A DNA stretch of 64,000 nucleotides from an uncultured Actinomycetes bacterium (GTDB lineage: Bacteria; Actinomycetota; Acidimicrobiia; IMCC26256; PALSA-610), in assembly GCA_963782465.1 (NCBI GenBank), contig CAWAJR010000005.1, forward strand, positions 321,671 through 385,670, read 5' to 3'. Positions 37,445-47,128 of the stretch are shown piece after piece. Numbering within the stretch: position 1 is the first letter of the stretch; every line of letters begins with the position of its first letter. Below the pieces are notes generated by a model. The model was not told the DNA's origin, ran no database searches, and saw only the letters and a list, made by a program, of their open reading frames with translations. Both the position numbers and the translations under genes were made by a program.

Positions 37445-38245
37445 TCAGTGCAGGGGCGCGAACGACCGGGAGGCAACGTTGCGTGCCGGCGACGAGACCA
37501 GCGCGTGCAACCGTTCGACCTCGGCCTCGAGGAACGAGATCCCGAGGGTGGGGCCGAAACCGAAGTTCGGAAGCGACCTGCCCCACAGCTGAGGGATGTG
37601 ACCGATGAGCCGGTCACCGAGCAGTTCGGCCACATCCACGGGATCGAGCAGGGTCGAACCCTCGTCGCCGCTCATGACGACGAACGCGTCGACGTGGCGG
37701 GCGACCGCCGCCCGCTGCTTCGCCTCGTCGAAGAGCTCGAGATGGCGCAACGTCGCCGAAACGGCGGCCCGGTCCGGTGTCGCCGCTACCAGGAGCACGT
37801 CGACCCGGTCGACCATCCGCGCGTCGAGTGTCGGCCCGGGGCGGCCCGCCCCGACCGGCAGGTCGAGGACGACGATGTCGAACGCGTCGCGAACTCCATC
37901 GAGCGTCGCGTCGTACGCGAGGCGGAACGGCGCGTCGAGGAACGACGGCTCCACCGGCACCACGGTGAGCGGCGGGTACACCATCCGGCTGAGCACACGA
38001 GGCGACAGCGCGGCGCCGCCGCTCGCGAGGCGAGGTGCGGCGAACCGCTGGACGGTCGTACCCCTGACCCCGAGACGAGTGCCGACGTCGCAACTGCGAC
38101 CGTCGGCATCGATCACGCACACCGACCGGTCGTCGCGGCGGGCGAGGATCGCCGCGTAGTTCGCCGCGATGCCGCGCTTGCAGGCCTCGAAGCGGGCTGC
38201 AGTGACGCCGATGGTGAACGCAGGCACGAATGGTCTCCTTGACAC
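37445..38245 (-). CDS. ParA/MinD-fold protein with degenerate P-loop
   Basis: CVIDADGRS, IVVLDLP, and LLVATPDRAAVSATLRHL match the ParA/MinD layout. The position of KGGxGKT reads GVTAARFEACKRG. Confidence 0.45.
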   Translation of the reverse strand: MSRRPFVPAFTIGVTAARFEACKRGIAANYAAILARRDDRSVCVIDADGRSCDVGTRLGVRGTTVQRFAAPRLASGGAALSPRVLSRMVYPPLTVVPVEPSFLDAPFRLAYDATLDGVRDAFDIVVLDLPVGAGRPGPTLDARMVDRVDVLLVAATPDRAAVSATLRHLELFDEAKQRAAVARHVDAFVVMSGDEGSTLLDPVDVAELLGDRLIGHIPQLWGRSLPNFGFGPTLGISFLEAEVERLHALVSSPARNVASRSFAPLH

Positions 38246-38318
38246 GCAGCGAGCGGAGCAATGCGTTGACAGAGCACGTCGGCAATCCCCAGTTCCTGGT
38301 GGAGAAACCCGGCGTTCC

Positions 38319-38334
38319 TGTGCCCCGTTTCACA
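38319..38334. promoter_or_regulatory. CRP-like palindrome TGTGC-N6-TCACA
   Basis: TGTGCCCCGTTTCACA lies 17 bp upstream of the macro-domain ATG. One mismatch to TGTGA-N6-TCACA. Confidence 0.3.
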
Positions 38335-38350
38335 GGTACACACTGAAACA

Positions 38351-38875
38351 ATGGAAATCGTTGCCGTACGGGGAGACATCACCGCCGAGCCGGTCGACGC
38401 GATCGTGAACGCCGCGAACTCGGCCCTCGCCCGGGGCGCGGGCGTGTGCGGCGCGATCTTCGCCGCCGCCGGGCCCGAACTCGACGCCGCCTGCGCCCGG
38501 CTCGGAGGGTGCGCGACCGGCGACGCGAAAGCCACGCCGGGCTTCGGCCTGCCGGCCCGCTTCGTGATCCACGCCGTCGGGCCGGTGTGGCACGGCGGCG
38601 GGCAGGGCGAGGCCGATGCGCTGGCGTCCTGCTACCGGCGCTGCATCGAGGTCGCCGGCGATGTCGGTGCCCGCTCCATCGCGTTCCCCGCCATCTCGAC
38701 GGGGATCTACGGCTTCCCCAAAGGTGAGGCGGCCGCGATCGCGGTGCGAACGCTGCGGTCGGCCCGCAGTCCTGTCGAGGTCGCCCGCCTCGTCGCGTTC
38801 GACGCCGAGACGTACGACCTCTACCGGGAACTGCTCAGGCCTGGTCCTCTTCGAGGCGCAGCGACGCAGAATTGA
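38351..38875 (+). CDS. Macro-domain protein (YmdB-like O-acetyl-ADP-ribose deacetylase)
   Basis: [42 protein letters not shown]. Confidence 0.9.
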   Translation: MEIVAVRGDITAEPVDAIVNAANSALARGAGVCGAIFAAAGPELDAACARLGGCATGDAKATPGFGLPARFVIHAVGPVWHGGGQGEADALASCYRRCIEVAGDVGARSIAFPAISTGIYGFPKGEAAAIAVRTLRSARSPVEVARLVAFDAETYDLYRELLRPGPLRGAATQN

Positions 38876-39251
38876 TGCAGTAACGCAGACCGGTCGGCTT
38901 CGGGCCGTCGGGGAACACGTGCCCGAGGTGCGCACCGCAGTTGTCGCAGCGGACCTCCGTACGGACCATGCCGTAGCTGCGGTCGGTTTCCTCGTCGACC
39001 GGGGCACCCTCGATCGGTTCGTAGAAGCTCGGCCAGCCACTCCCCGACTCGAACTTCGTCTTCGACGAGAACAGGGGGGCGCCACAGCACACGCACGTGT
39101 ACGTGCCGTCCTCGTGGCAGTCCCAGTACTCGCCGGTGAAGGCGCGCTCGGTGCCGGCCTTGCGGGCCACCTCGAACTGCTGCGGCGTGAGCCGCTGCCG
39201 CCACTCGTCGTCGGTGGTGGGGAGCTGGTCCTTGGAAATCGGGTTGTTCAT
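38835..39251 (-). CDS. msrB: Peptide-methionine (R)-S-oxide reductase
   Basis: [33 protein letters not shown]. 41-bp convergent overlap with the macro-domain gene. Confidence 0.95.
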   Translation of the reverse strand: MNNPISKDQLPTTDDEWRQRLTPQQFEVARKAGTERAFTGEYWDCHEDGTYTCVCCGAPLFSSKTKFESGSGWPSFYEPIEGAPVDEETDRSYGMVRTEVRCDNCGAHLGHVFPDGPKPTGLRYCINSASLRLEEDQA

Positions 39252-39324
39252 CTACTTCGTCTCCTCTTCTTCGGGGCGTGCAACACGAAACAGTGCCGAG
39301 TTGGTCCCGAATCCGAGAATGTTT

Positions 39325-41325
39325 TCAGCCGGCGCGGCGCTGCTGGCGCTTCTGCTCGAGGAAATCGACCAGCACGTAGTCGCCGAGGGTCTCCGGGGTG
39401 GTGAAGAACGCCCGGCCCCGGTTCATCCGCATCATGCGCTCGACGAACTCCCGGAGATAGAAGTTGTCCTCGAGCATGAACGTATTGATACGGATGTCGT
39501 CCTTCGTGCAGCGCTGCACTTCCCGCAGGGTCATCTCGATGGTGCGGGGCGACGGCGGGTAGTCGAACCAGGCCTCGCCGTTCTCGATGTGGGCGGTCGG
39601 TTCACCGTCGGTGATCATGATGATCTGCTTGCGGCCGCCGTGCTGCCCGAGCATCCGGCGGGCCAGCAGCAACGCGTGCTGCATGTTGGTGCCCCACTCG
39701 AAATCCCATGTCGCTTCGGGCAACCGTTCCGGTTTCACCTCACGGGCGACGCGGCCGAAGCTCACCATCCCGAGGTAATCGCGCGGGAACTGGGTGGAGA
39801 TGAGCGCGTGCAGCGCCATCGCGACCTTCTTGGCGGCCAGGAACCGCCCCCGCATCTCCATCGAGAGCGACACGTCGAGCATCAAGACCGTCGATGAGCG
39901 GGTCAGCTGCTCGGTCCGTTCGATCTCGAAGTCGTCGGGGAGCAACTGCACCGGCGTGCCGGAGCCCTGGCGCCAGATCGCGTTGCGGATCGTGGCGTTG
40001 ACGTCGAGATGGAACGGGTCGCCGAATTCGTAGGGCTTGTGGTCGTGGGCACGCTCGTTGCCGGCACCGGAGTGCTCGACCTCGTGGCGGCCGGCGCGGT
40101 CCTGCAGGAGTTTGCGGAACAGGTCGCCCAGCGCCCGCTGGCCGATACGGCGGATGCCCTTCGGGGTCAGCTCGAGGCGACCTTCGCGCTGCTCGATCAG
40201 CCCGGCGTCTTCGAGCATCTTGGCCAGGCGGGCCAGCTCCGCGAGTGAGCGGGCGGCGTCGTCGCCGAGGAGGTCGCGGGCCTGGTCGAGGTCGACTTCG
40301 GCGAGCTGGCCCGGCTGGGTCGCGTTGCGGAGCATGTGCTCGAGCGCGTCGATGTCGCCGAGCTGGTCGAGCAACCCGCCCATCTGGTCGAGCGGCAACG
40401 GCTCGTCGCCGCGGAACGGCATGCGTTGCCCCCAACCCATCTGCGGGAACGCCTGGCGCAGGTTGTTGCCCAGCTGCTCGACCTGCCAGCGCAGGTCCAT
40501 GTCTTCGAGCAACGAATCGGAGAGTTGCTGGAGCTGCGCGCGCTGCTCGGGTGTCATCGAGTTGAGCATCTGCTGCATCTGCGCCATCGAGCGCGCCATC
40601 TGTTCGAGCAACTCGTCGAGCGACTGGGGGTTGCCCGGGAAGAAGTCGCCGTAGCGTTCCATGAACCCCGCGAAGTCGGGTTCCTCGCCGGCCTCGCGCT
40701 GCTCGAGCATCTGGTTGAGCTCGCTCATCATGTCTTTCATGCGCGACATCTGCTCGGGCGACATCTGCGACATGCCCTGCGACAGCTGGTTGAACATGCT
40801 GTCGAGCAACTGCTGGCGCAACTGGTCCATCAGCTCTTCGAACCGCTGGCGGGCGGCATCGTCCATCCAGTCGTATTCCTGGAGGTCGGAGACGCGCCCG
40901 GCGAGGTCGGGCGGGAGTTGGTCGAGTTCCTCGCGGCGCTGGCGGGCGAGCTCGTCGAGCAACTCCTCACGTCGCTTGTCGCCGGTGGCGCGAGCTTCGT
41001 CGACCCGGCGGTCGATGCCCTCGCGTTCTTGTTCGACGATCTCGTCGAGCTGGTTCGCGATGTCTTCGTAGACCCCGCCGAGGTCGTAGCGGTCGAGGTA
41101 CTCGCGACGGCGCTCGCGAAGCTGTTCGAGCATCTCGCGCATGCCTTGCAGGCGGTTCCCGTCGCGGTCCTGGAAACCCTGCTGCAACATTCGGCGCAGC
41201 GCCGCGTTGAGGTCGCCGTGGTACAGGAGATCGTCGGTCATCTCCTCCAGCAGCGCGTCGGCATCGAGGTCGAACCCGACCTGTGTACCGTCCCATCGCG
41301 AGTACTGGAAGCGAGAACCGGCCAT
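39325..41325 (-). CDS. VWA-domain protein with long coiled-coil N-terminal region (partner of ChlI-like ATPase)
   Basis: C-terminal VWA with MIDAS-like VLMLDVSLSM and IIMITDGEPTAH. Long Glu/Arg/Leu/Gln-rich helical region. Confidence 0.8.
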   Translation of the reverse strand: MAGSRFQYSRWDGTQVGFDLDADALLEEMTDDLLYHGDLNAALRRMLQQGFQDRDGNRLQGMREMLEQLRERRREYLDRYDLGGVYEDIANQLDEIVEQEREGIDRRVDEARATGDKRREELLDELARQRREELDQLPPDLAGRVSDLQEYDWMDDAARQRFEELMDQLRQQLLDSMFNQLSQGMSQMSPEQMSRMKDMMSELNQMLEQREAGEEPDFAGFMERYGDFFPGNPQSLDELLEQMARSMAQMQQMLNSMTPEQRAQLQQLSDSLLEDMDLRWQVEQLGNNLRQAFPQMGWGQRMPFRGDEPLPLDQMGGLLDQLGDIDALEHMLRNATQPGQLAEVDLDQARDLLGDDAARSLAELARLAKMLEDAGLIEQREGRLELTPKGIRRIGQRALGDLFRKLLQDRAGRHEVEHSGAGNERAHDHKPYEFGDPFHLDVNATIRNAIWRQGSGTPVQLLPDDFEIERTEQLTRSSTVLMLDVSLSMEMRGRFLAAKKVAMALHALISTQFPRDYLGMVSFGRVAREVKPERLPEATWDFEWGTNMQHALLLARRMLGQHGGRKQIIMITDGEPTAHIENGEAWFDYPPSPRTIEMTLREVQRCTKDDIRINTFMLEDNFYLREFVERMMRMNRGRAFFTTPETLGDYVLVDFLEQKRQQRRAG

Positions 41326-41363
41326 GAGGCGAGGGTACCCCCGCAGGGCTACCGTCCGTCAGC

Positions 41364-42563
41364 GTGACAATGCCGAGCGATTTCTGGTGGGGAACGGCCG
41401 CGTCGTCGACCCAAGCGGAAGGTGCCGCTCCCCAAAGCGACTGGTACGCGCTCGAGCAACGCGGCTTCGTGCCGCCGTCGGGTGAAGGCAACGGCTTCGC
41501 GTCCCGTTACGCCGAAGACTTCGAGCTGTACGCGGCGCACGGGTTGGCGCATCACCGGATGTCGATCGAATGGGCACGGATCGAACCGCAGGAAGGCCGT
41601 CGCGACGAAGCGGCGATCGAGCACTACCGAGCCGTACTGGAAGCGGCCGGTGCCGCGGGCGTGAAACCCTGGGTGTGCCTGCACCACTTCACGTTGCCGG
41701 GATGGTTCACCGAAGTGGGCGAAGGTGGTTTCGTCGACGACCGCGCCCGCTCCTACTACTGGGCGCGCCACGTCGCGTTCTGCGCGGAAACGTTCGGCGA
41801 CCTCGTGTACGGGTGGAAGCCGATCAACGAACCCGCGGCGTACGCGTCGATCTACGCGCAAGGCGGGCGATCGTTCGCCAACCGTGATTGGCGCAAGGTG
41901 TTCGACATGCTCGGCGCGATCCTCCTCGCGGAGCGCGATGCGTGGCGCGAGTTGCGCGGCGGCGGCAAGCCGGTCGCGACCGTGCACAGCCTCTCGCCCG
42001 TGTTCACGGTCGCCGACACGGTTCCGGCGCGCAACATGTCGCAGCTGCTCGAACGGGTGCTGTGGGACGTGTGGATGCGCGCCGATCGCGACGGCGTGCT
42101 CGAACTCCCCGACCGCGCCGCACGAGAAGTGCCCGACCTGCGCGAAGCCTGCGACCTGATCGGGTTCTCGTACTACAGCGCGACCGGCGTCGGTCGAGAG
42201 GGCGAAGGCGTCCCTTACCCGGCCGGCGCGCGAGTCGGGCCGATGCGTTACGCGCCGTGGAGCGAGGGCCTGGGCATCGTGCTGCACCGCCTGCACGACG
42301 AACTCCCCGGCCGGCCGTTGCTGATCTGCGAGCACGGCGTCGGCACCGACGACGACGAATGGCGCTGCGACATCCTGCGCGCGTCGCTGCAACTCGTCGA
42401 GGAAGCCATCGCCGATGGGATCGACGTGCGCGGCTTCTTCCATTGGACGGGCGTCGACAACTACGAGTGGGACCACGGCTACGACGTCTCGTTCGGTTGC
42501 TTCACCCGCGATCGGGAACCGCGCGACAGCGCCGCGCTCCTCGCGTCGTACGCCCGCGCCTGA
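41364..42563 (+). CDS. GH1 beta-glucosidase
   Basis: FWWGTAASSTQAEG, HRMSIEWARIEP, WKPINEP (acid/base Glu), ICEHGVG (nucleophile context; canonical is ITENG). Confidence 0.85.
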   Translation: MTMPSDFWWGTAASSTQAEGAAPQSDWYALEQRGFVPPSGEGNGFASRYAEDFELYAAHGLAHHRMSIEWARIEPQEGRRDEAAIEHYRAVLEAAGAAGVKPWVCLHHFTLPGWFTEVGEGGFVDDRARSYYWARHVAFCAETFGDLVYGWKPINEPAAYASIYAQGGRSFANRDWRKVFDMLGAILLAERDAWRELRGGGKPVATVHSLSPVFTVADTVPARNMSQLLERVLWDVWMRADRDGVLELPDRAAREVPDLREACDLIGFSYYSATGVGREGEGVPYPAGARVGPMRYAPWSEGLGIVLHRLHDELPGRPLLICEHGVGTDDDEWRCDILRASLQLVEEAIADGIDVRGFFHWTGVDNYEWDHGYDVSFGCFTRDREPRDSAALLASYARA

Positions 42564-42574
42564 CCCCCACCGAT

Positions 42575-42628
42575 CCGAACATTGTCACTTCCCGCTACAC
42601 GATGTGTGGCTCAAGTGACAATGTTCGG
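42575..42628. repeat. Palindromic element copy 1 (perfect 16-bp arms, 22-nt loop)
   Basis: CCGAACATTGTCACTT (42575-42590) pairs with AAGTGACAATGTTCGG (42613-42628). The DUF559 stop codon and its last 5 codons lie in the right arm. Confidence 0.9.
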
Positions 42629-43261
42629 GGACAGCGCGAGCGTGATACGTCGCAAGGTGTCGCCGGGCCGGCGCGCGACGTCGTCCCACGTCACGTGGGT
42701 GACACGGTGGCCGAGCAGCTCGATGTCGGCGAGCCGTCGCCGGTCGCGCTTCCAGCGCAAGTGCCCGGCATGTGCCTCGAACCCGTCGCATTCCACGACG
42801 ACGCGGTGCTCGCGCCACAGGAAGTCGACGCGATAGATCGCGCCCGACGGCGGGGCCAACGTCACCTGGCGCTCGGGCATCGGAAGATGGCTGTCGCGCA
42901 ACAGGCGCCACAGCTTCACCTCGAGCGGTGACTCGAGCGGACGCGTGCCGACGTGCTGGTGCTCCAGCAGCCGTCGAACCTTGGCACTTCCCTTCTTGCC
43001 ACGACCCGCGACTTGCGTGAACCGCGCCGCGATGCCGTCGACCTCAATGCGGTCTTGGCCCTCGAGCTGCGCGACCCGATGGAGGACGAACGGCCGCGGC
43101 TTGACGGCTGACCGGCGACGATCGAGCGGCACGCTGAGATGAAGCAGCACCTTCTTCGGGAGCCCGTCGAAACTCAGGAGGCGCGCCGCCGTGGTGTGCG
43201 AGACCGCCGCGTCGTCGCCCAGCCACAGGCAAGCCGCCATCGCCCGCTGTCGAGCGCGCAA
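42611..43261 (-). CDS. DUF559 (Vsr/PD-(D/E)xK-like endonuclease domain) protein, probably 5'-truncated
   Basis: ESPLEVKLWRLLRDSHLPMPERQ, YRVDFLWREHRVVVECDGFEAH, and RDRRRLADIELLGHRVTHVTWDD are DUF559 hallmarks. The N-terminal AbiEi-like region is shortened. Confidence 0.75.
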   Translation of the reverse strand: MRARQRAMAACLWLGDDAAVSHTTAARLLSFDGLPKKVLLHLSVPLDRRRSAVKPRPFVLHRVAQLEGQDRIEVDGIAARFTQVAGRGKKGSAKVRRLLEHQHVGTRPLESPLEVKLWRLLRDSHLPMPERQVTLAPPSGAIYRVDFLWREHRVVVECDGFEAHAGHLRWKRDRRRLADIELLGHRVTHVTWDDVARRPGDTLRRITLALSPNIVT

Positions 43262-43272
43262 CGAACTCCCCT

Positions 43273-43326
43273 TCGAACATTGTCATTTCCCCTACACACG
43301 ATGTCGCTCGATTGACAAAGTTCGGG
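43273..43326. repeat. Palindromic element copy 2 (imperfect), same orientation as copy 1
   Basis: TCGAACATTGTCATTT...ATTGACAAAGTTCGG is about 80 percent identical to copy 1 by eye, including the loop core CTACAC..CGATGT. Confidence 0.85.
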
Positions 43327-43351
43327 GAAGGACGAGGGGGAGGTGGCGGGG

Positions 43352-44748
43352 TTAGCGGGCGCGGAAAACGGCGCGGCCGCCGACGGCGTCTTTGTTGAGC
43401 CGCTTGGTGAGGTGCAGGCCTTCGAGGACGAACTCGATCGCGGACGCGACCGCGGCGGGCGACTCGCTCACGCCCAAGTCGGAGAGCACGGCCGAGAGGC
43501 CGGGCAGCTGCGGCAGGACGTCGGCGTAGGCGCTCGACGGAACGTCTTCGCCCGTGTTCACGGTGAGGCCGTCTTCGAACGCGGCGACGATCGGCGCAAC
43601 CGTTCGGGCCGCACCCGGGCGCGGAACACTTCGAGCGATGCGGCCTTGACGATGCGTTCGAGCACCTGCGATTCGCGGCCGTCTTCGAGGGTTTCGATCT
43701 CGACCTTGCCGGCCGTCGACGCGGCGAGCGCGTCGAGGTCGCATACGCGCGGTACTACCTCACGTTCGCCCGCGGCAAGGGATCGACGCGCCGCGTTCGC
43801 GACGAGCGTTTCGTAGTTGGTGATCGACAACCGAGCCGAAACACCGGAGCGCTGGTTGATGTGCGGCGAACGCCGGGCCAGCTGGCTGATCTCCGCGACG
43901 ATCTCGGTCATGAACGACGGCACCGAGACGGTGAGCCCCTCCGCGGCGAGCGGCCGGACCTCCTGGTGGATCACTTCCATCTCGATGTCGGTCTCGAGCG
44001 GGTAGTGCGTACGGATCTGCGAACCGAACCGGTCCTTGAGCGGGGTGATGATGCGGCCGCGGTTCGTGTAGTCCTCGGGGTTCGCCGACGCGACGAGGAG
44101 CAGGTCGAGCGGGAGGCGGATCTTGTAACCGCGGATCTGGACGTCACGCTCTTCGAGGACGTTCAGGAGACCGACCTGGATGCGTTCGGCGAGGTCGGGG
44201 AGCTCGTTGATCGCGAAGATCCCGCGATTGGTGCGCGGCACGAGCCCGTAGTGGATGGTGAGCTCGTCGGAGAGGTAACGACCTTCGGCGACCTTGATCG
44301 GGTCGACTTCGCCGATGAGGTCGGCGATCGACGTGTCGGGGGTCGCGAGCTTCTCGCCGAAGCGCCGCTCGCGGTGGATCCATTCGATCGGCGTTTCGTC
44401 GGCACGGTCGGCGATGAGATGGCGCGCGTAGGGCGAAATCGGGTGGTAAGGGTCGTCGTTGATCTCGCTGCCGGCAACCATCGGCGACCACTCGTCGAGC
44501 AGGTTCGTGAGCGCGCGGATGATGCGCGTCTTCGCCTGCCCCCGTTCACCCAGAAAGATGATGTCGTGGCCCGCGAGCAGGGCGTTGGCCAGCTGCGGCA
44601 ACACCGTCGTCTCGTAGCCGACCACACCGTCGACGAGCGGGCGGTTCTCGGCCAGCGCACGAATGGCGTTCGCACGGATCTCTTCCTTGACCGGGCGGGA
44701 CACCCAGCCGCTGGATCGCAGTTCCCCCAGCGTTGCGGCTCGACTCAT
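43352..44748 (-). CDS. ChlI/Mg-chelatase-like AAA+ ATPase, one frameshift near 43610
   Basis: FLGERGQAKT (Walker A-like), IFAINELPDL (Walker B), ASANPEDYTNRGRIITPLKDRF. ATG 44748 follows GAGGAG. The C-terminus continues in ORF 43352-43744. Confidence 0.8.
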
Positions 44749-44830
44749 CAGCGCGCGCTCCTCGTTGCAAGTCTTACGGCGAGTGTACGTCTGGCCCCCC
44801 GGGGCCGACACTCGGCCGTAGCCTGCGGTC

Positions 44831-46984
44831 GTGGACGGCGAACCCGCGACGCTCGACCTCGGTGGATCGTGGCGCGCGCACGCGAGTGCCGGTGATCTCC
44901 CCAAACTGTTCGCGCGGCCCGACTTCGACGATCGCTCGTGGGCGCCGATCGAGGTGCCCGGCCACTGGCGTTCGACACCCGCGTTCGCCGGGTTCGACGG
45001 CCCCCTGCTGTACCGCCGGTCATTCGGCGCCACCGCACTCCCGACGGGCCAACGCCGCTTCCTCGAACTCGACGGCTGCTTCTACTACGGCGACGTCTGG
45101 CTCGACGGCGACTACATCGGCGCGACCGAGGGTTACTTCGCTCCTCACGCGTTCGACATCACGGAACAACTGGCGCGGAACGACGAACACGTGCTCGCGA
45201 TCGAGGTCGCGTGCCCACCGCAACGCGACCGAACCGCGAAGCGCACGATCACGGGCGTGTTCTCACACTCCGAATCGCTCGACTCGGCGTGGAACCCCGG
45301 TGGGCTGTGGCGCCCGCTTCGCGTTTCCACCACCGGTCCCCTCCGCATCGACCGGATGCGCGTGCTGTGCACCGAAGCGTCGGTCGAGCGGGGCCGCATC
45401 GCGGTACACCTGACCGTCGATGCCGCCGTCGACGACGAGACGCGGTCGCCGGCGCGTCTGGTCGCCAACGTCCACGACGAAGGCGGCCGCCTCCTCGCGT
45501 CGCAGACCAATGACCTCGCCCTCGCGCAGGGCGAGAACCACCTGAACATCGCGCTCGACGTCGACCACCCGCCTCGCTGGTGGCCCGCCCGGCTGGGCGA
45601 CCAGCCACGGTGCCGGGTCGACGTCGAGCTACATGCCGGCGAGACCGTCAGCGACCGCCGCTCGGTACTCACCGCGCTTCGCGAAGTGCGCTTCGACAAC
45701 TGGACGTTCAGCATCAACGGTGAACGGCTCTTCGTGAAGGGTTCGAACCAGGGCCCGGCGAGGATGGCACTCGCCGAGGCGACCGACGATGAGCTGCGCG
45801 GCGACGTCGACCGCGCGCTCGACGCGAACCTCGACTTCCTCCGCGTGCACGCGCACGTGACCCGACCCGAGTTCTACGACGCCGCCGACCGACGGGGCCT
45901 GCTGCTCTGGCAGGACTTCCCGCTGCAGTGGGGGTACGCGCGCAGCGTCCGCCGCCAGGCGGTGCGCCAGGCGCGCGCGATGGTCGACCTCCTCGGCCAT
46001 CATCCGTCGATCGCGCTGTGGTGCGCGCACAACGAACCACTCGCGCTCGGCCAGCCCGGCGAGGCGATGAGCGTGGGCAAGACCGTGAAGATCGGTGCGT
46101 CGATGTTCCTGCCGACCTGGAACAAGGACGTCCTCGACCGGTCGATCACGCGCCGGCTCGGCCGCTCCGACCCGACCCGCCCCGCCGTCCGCCATTCGGG
46201 TGTGTTGCCCGGCGCGAGCAGCCGCGGCACCGACACCCATGCGTACTTCGGTTGGTACTACGGCAATCTCGCCGGCCTCGCCCCGGCACTGCGCGCCATG
46301 CCCCGCCTCGCTCGTTTCGTGACCGAGTTCGGCGCGCAGGCCGTACCTGACACCTGCGAGTGGATGGCACCGGACCGCTGGCCCGCGCTCGGCTGGGACG
46401 ACCTGTTCGAACACCACGCGTTGCAGCGCCGCAACTTCGATCGCTTCGTCCCTCCGGCCGACTGCAAGACCTTCGACGAATGGCGCGAAGCGACGCAGGC
46501 GTACCAGGCGGCCTTGATCCAGCTCCAGGTGGAAGACCTGCGCCGGTTGAAGTACGCACCGACCGGCGGGTTCGCGCACTTCTCGTTCGCCGACGGCAAC
46601 CCCGCAGTGAGTTGGTCGGTGCTCGATCACGAGCGCGTCGCCAAGCGCGGCTACGGCGCGCTGCGCGACGCATGCCGGCCGGTGCTGCCGATGCTCGAAC
46701 CGCGCGAAGGGCTCGTGCACGTCGTGAGTGAGGAGCGGACCGCGCTGGCCGACGCGACGATCGAAGTGCACCTCGACGGTCAACGCCACCGCTTCGGTGG
46801 CACCATCGCGGCCGACGCGGTCACCTATGTGGGGCGGGTCGAGCTCAACGACGCCGTCGACGTCGAGGTCGTGCTCGAACATCCAGCGGTCGGGCGGGTC
46901 ACCAACCGGTACCCGCTGAGCATCCTCGACGCCTGCCGGCCGGGCCGCCGGTCGCCGGGTTTCCTGCGGCGCGCGTCGAGCTGA
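44831..46984 (+). CDS. GH2-family glycoside hydrolase (beta-mannosidase/galactosidase-like)
   Basis: N-terminal sugar-binding region FDDRSWAPIEVPGHW and LELDGCFYYGDVWLDGDYIG. Catalytic region WCAHNEP and FVTEFGAQA. Confidence 0.8.
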   Translation: MDGEPATLDLGGSWRAHASAGDLPKLFARPDFDDRSWAPIEVPGHWRSTPAFAGFDGPLLYRRSFGATALPTGQRRFLELDGCFYYGDVWLDGDYIGATEGYFAPHAFDITEQLARNDEHVLAIEVACPPQRDRTAKRTITGVFSHSESLDSAWNPGGLWRPLRVSTTGPLRIDRMRVLCTEASVERGRIAVHLTVDAAVDDETRSPARLVANVHDEGGRLLASQTNDLALAQGENHLNIALDVDHPPRWWPARLGDQPRCRVDVELHAGETVSDRRSVLTALREVRFDNWTFSINGERLFVKGSNQGPARMALAEATDDELRGDVDRALDANLDFLRVHAHVTRPEFYDAADRRGLLLWQDFPLQWGYARSVRRQAVRQARAMVDLLGHHPSIALWCAHNEPLALGQPGEAMSVGKTVKIGASMFLPTWNKDVLDRSITRRLGRSDPTRPAVRHSGVLPGASSRGTDTHAYFGWYYGNLAGLAPALRAMPRLARFVTEFGAQAVPDTCEWMAPDRWPALGWDDLFEHHALQRRNFDRFVPPADCKTFDEWREATQAYQAALIQLQVEDLRRLKYAPTGGFAHFSFADGNPAVSWSVLDHERVAKRGYGALRDACRPVLPMLEPREGLVHVVSEERTALADATIEVHLDGQRHRFGGTIAADAVTYVGRVELNDAVDVEVVLEHPAVGRVTNRYPLSILDACRPGRRSPGFLRRASS

Positions 46985-47128
46985 ACGAGCGCCGGGCCGG
47001 TCGCCGCGGCCCGGATACGGACGCCGCGTTGGGCACGATGTAGGGTCCGCGCACAAAGGCACGAGCAGCCCCGGCGGCCTCATTCGCAGGCGAATCCGAC
47101 GCTTCCGGGCACCCACCCGGGGGAGGCC

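Noticed and set aside
38337-38351. Leaderless promoter for the macro-domain gene
   Set aside because: The candidate -10 reads TACACACT. No hexamer fits TANNNT at the right distance from the ATG.
38351-38875. Macro-domain gene as the DarG antitoxin of a DarTG system
   Set aside because: No DarT (DUF4433)-like neighbour exists. The protein is a short standalone YmdB-type macro domain in a core context next to msrB.
42575-43326. LexA/SOS box (GAAC-N4-GTTC) or PafBC-type motif in the DUF559-flanking palindromes
   Set aside because: The arms read GAACATTGTCA / TGACAATGTTC. The GAAC and GTTC halves are about 45 bp apart rather than 4. The TTGTCA segment lacks the downstream TANNNT spacing expected for the RecA-independent promoter.
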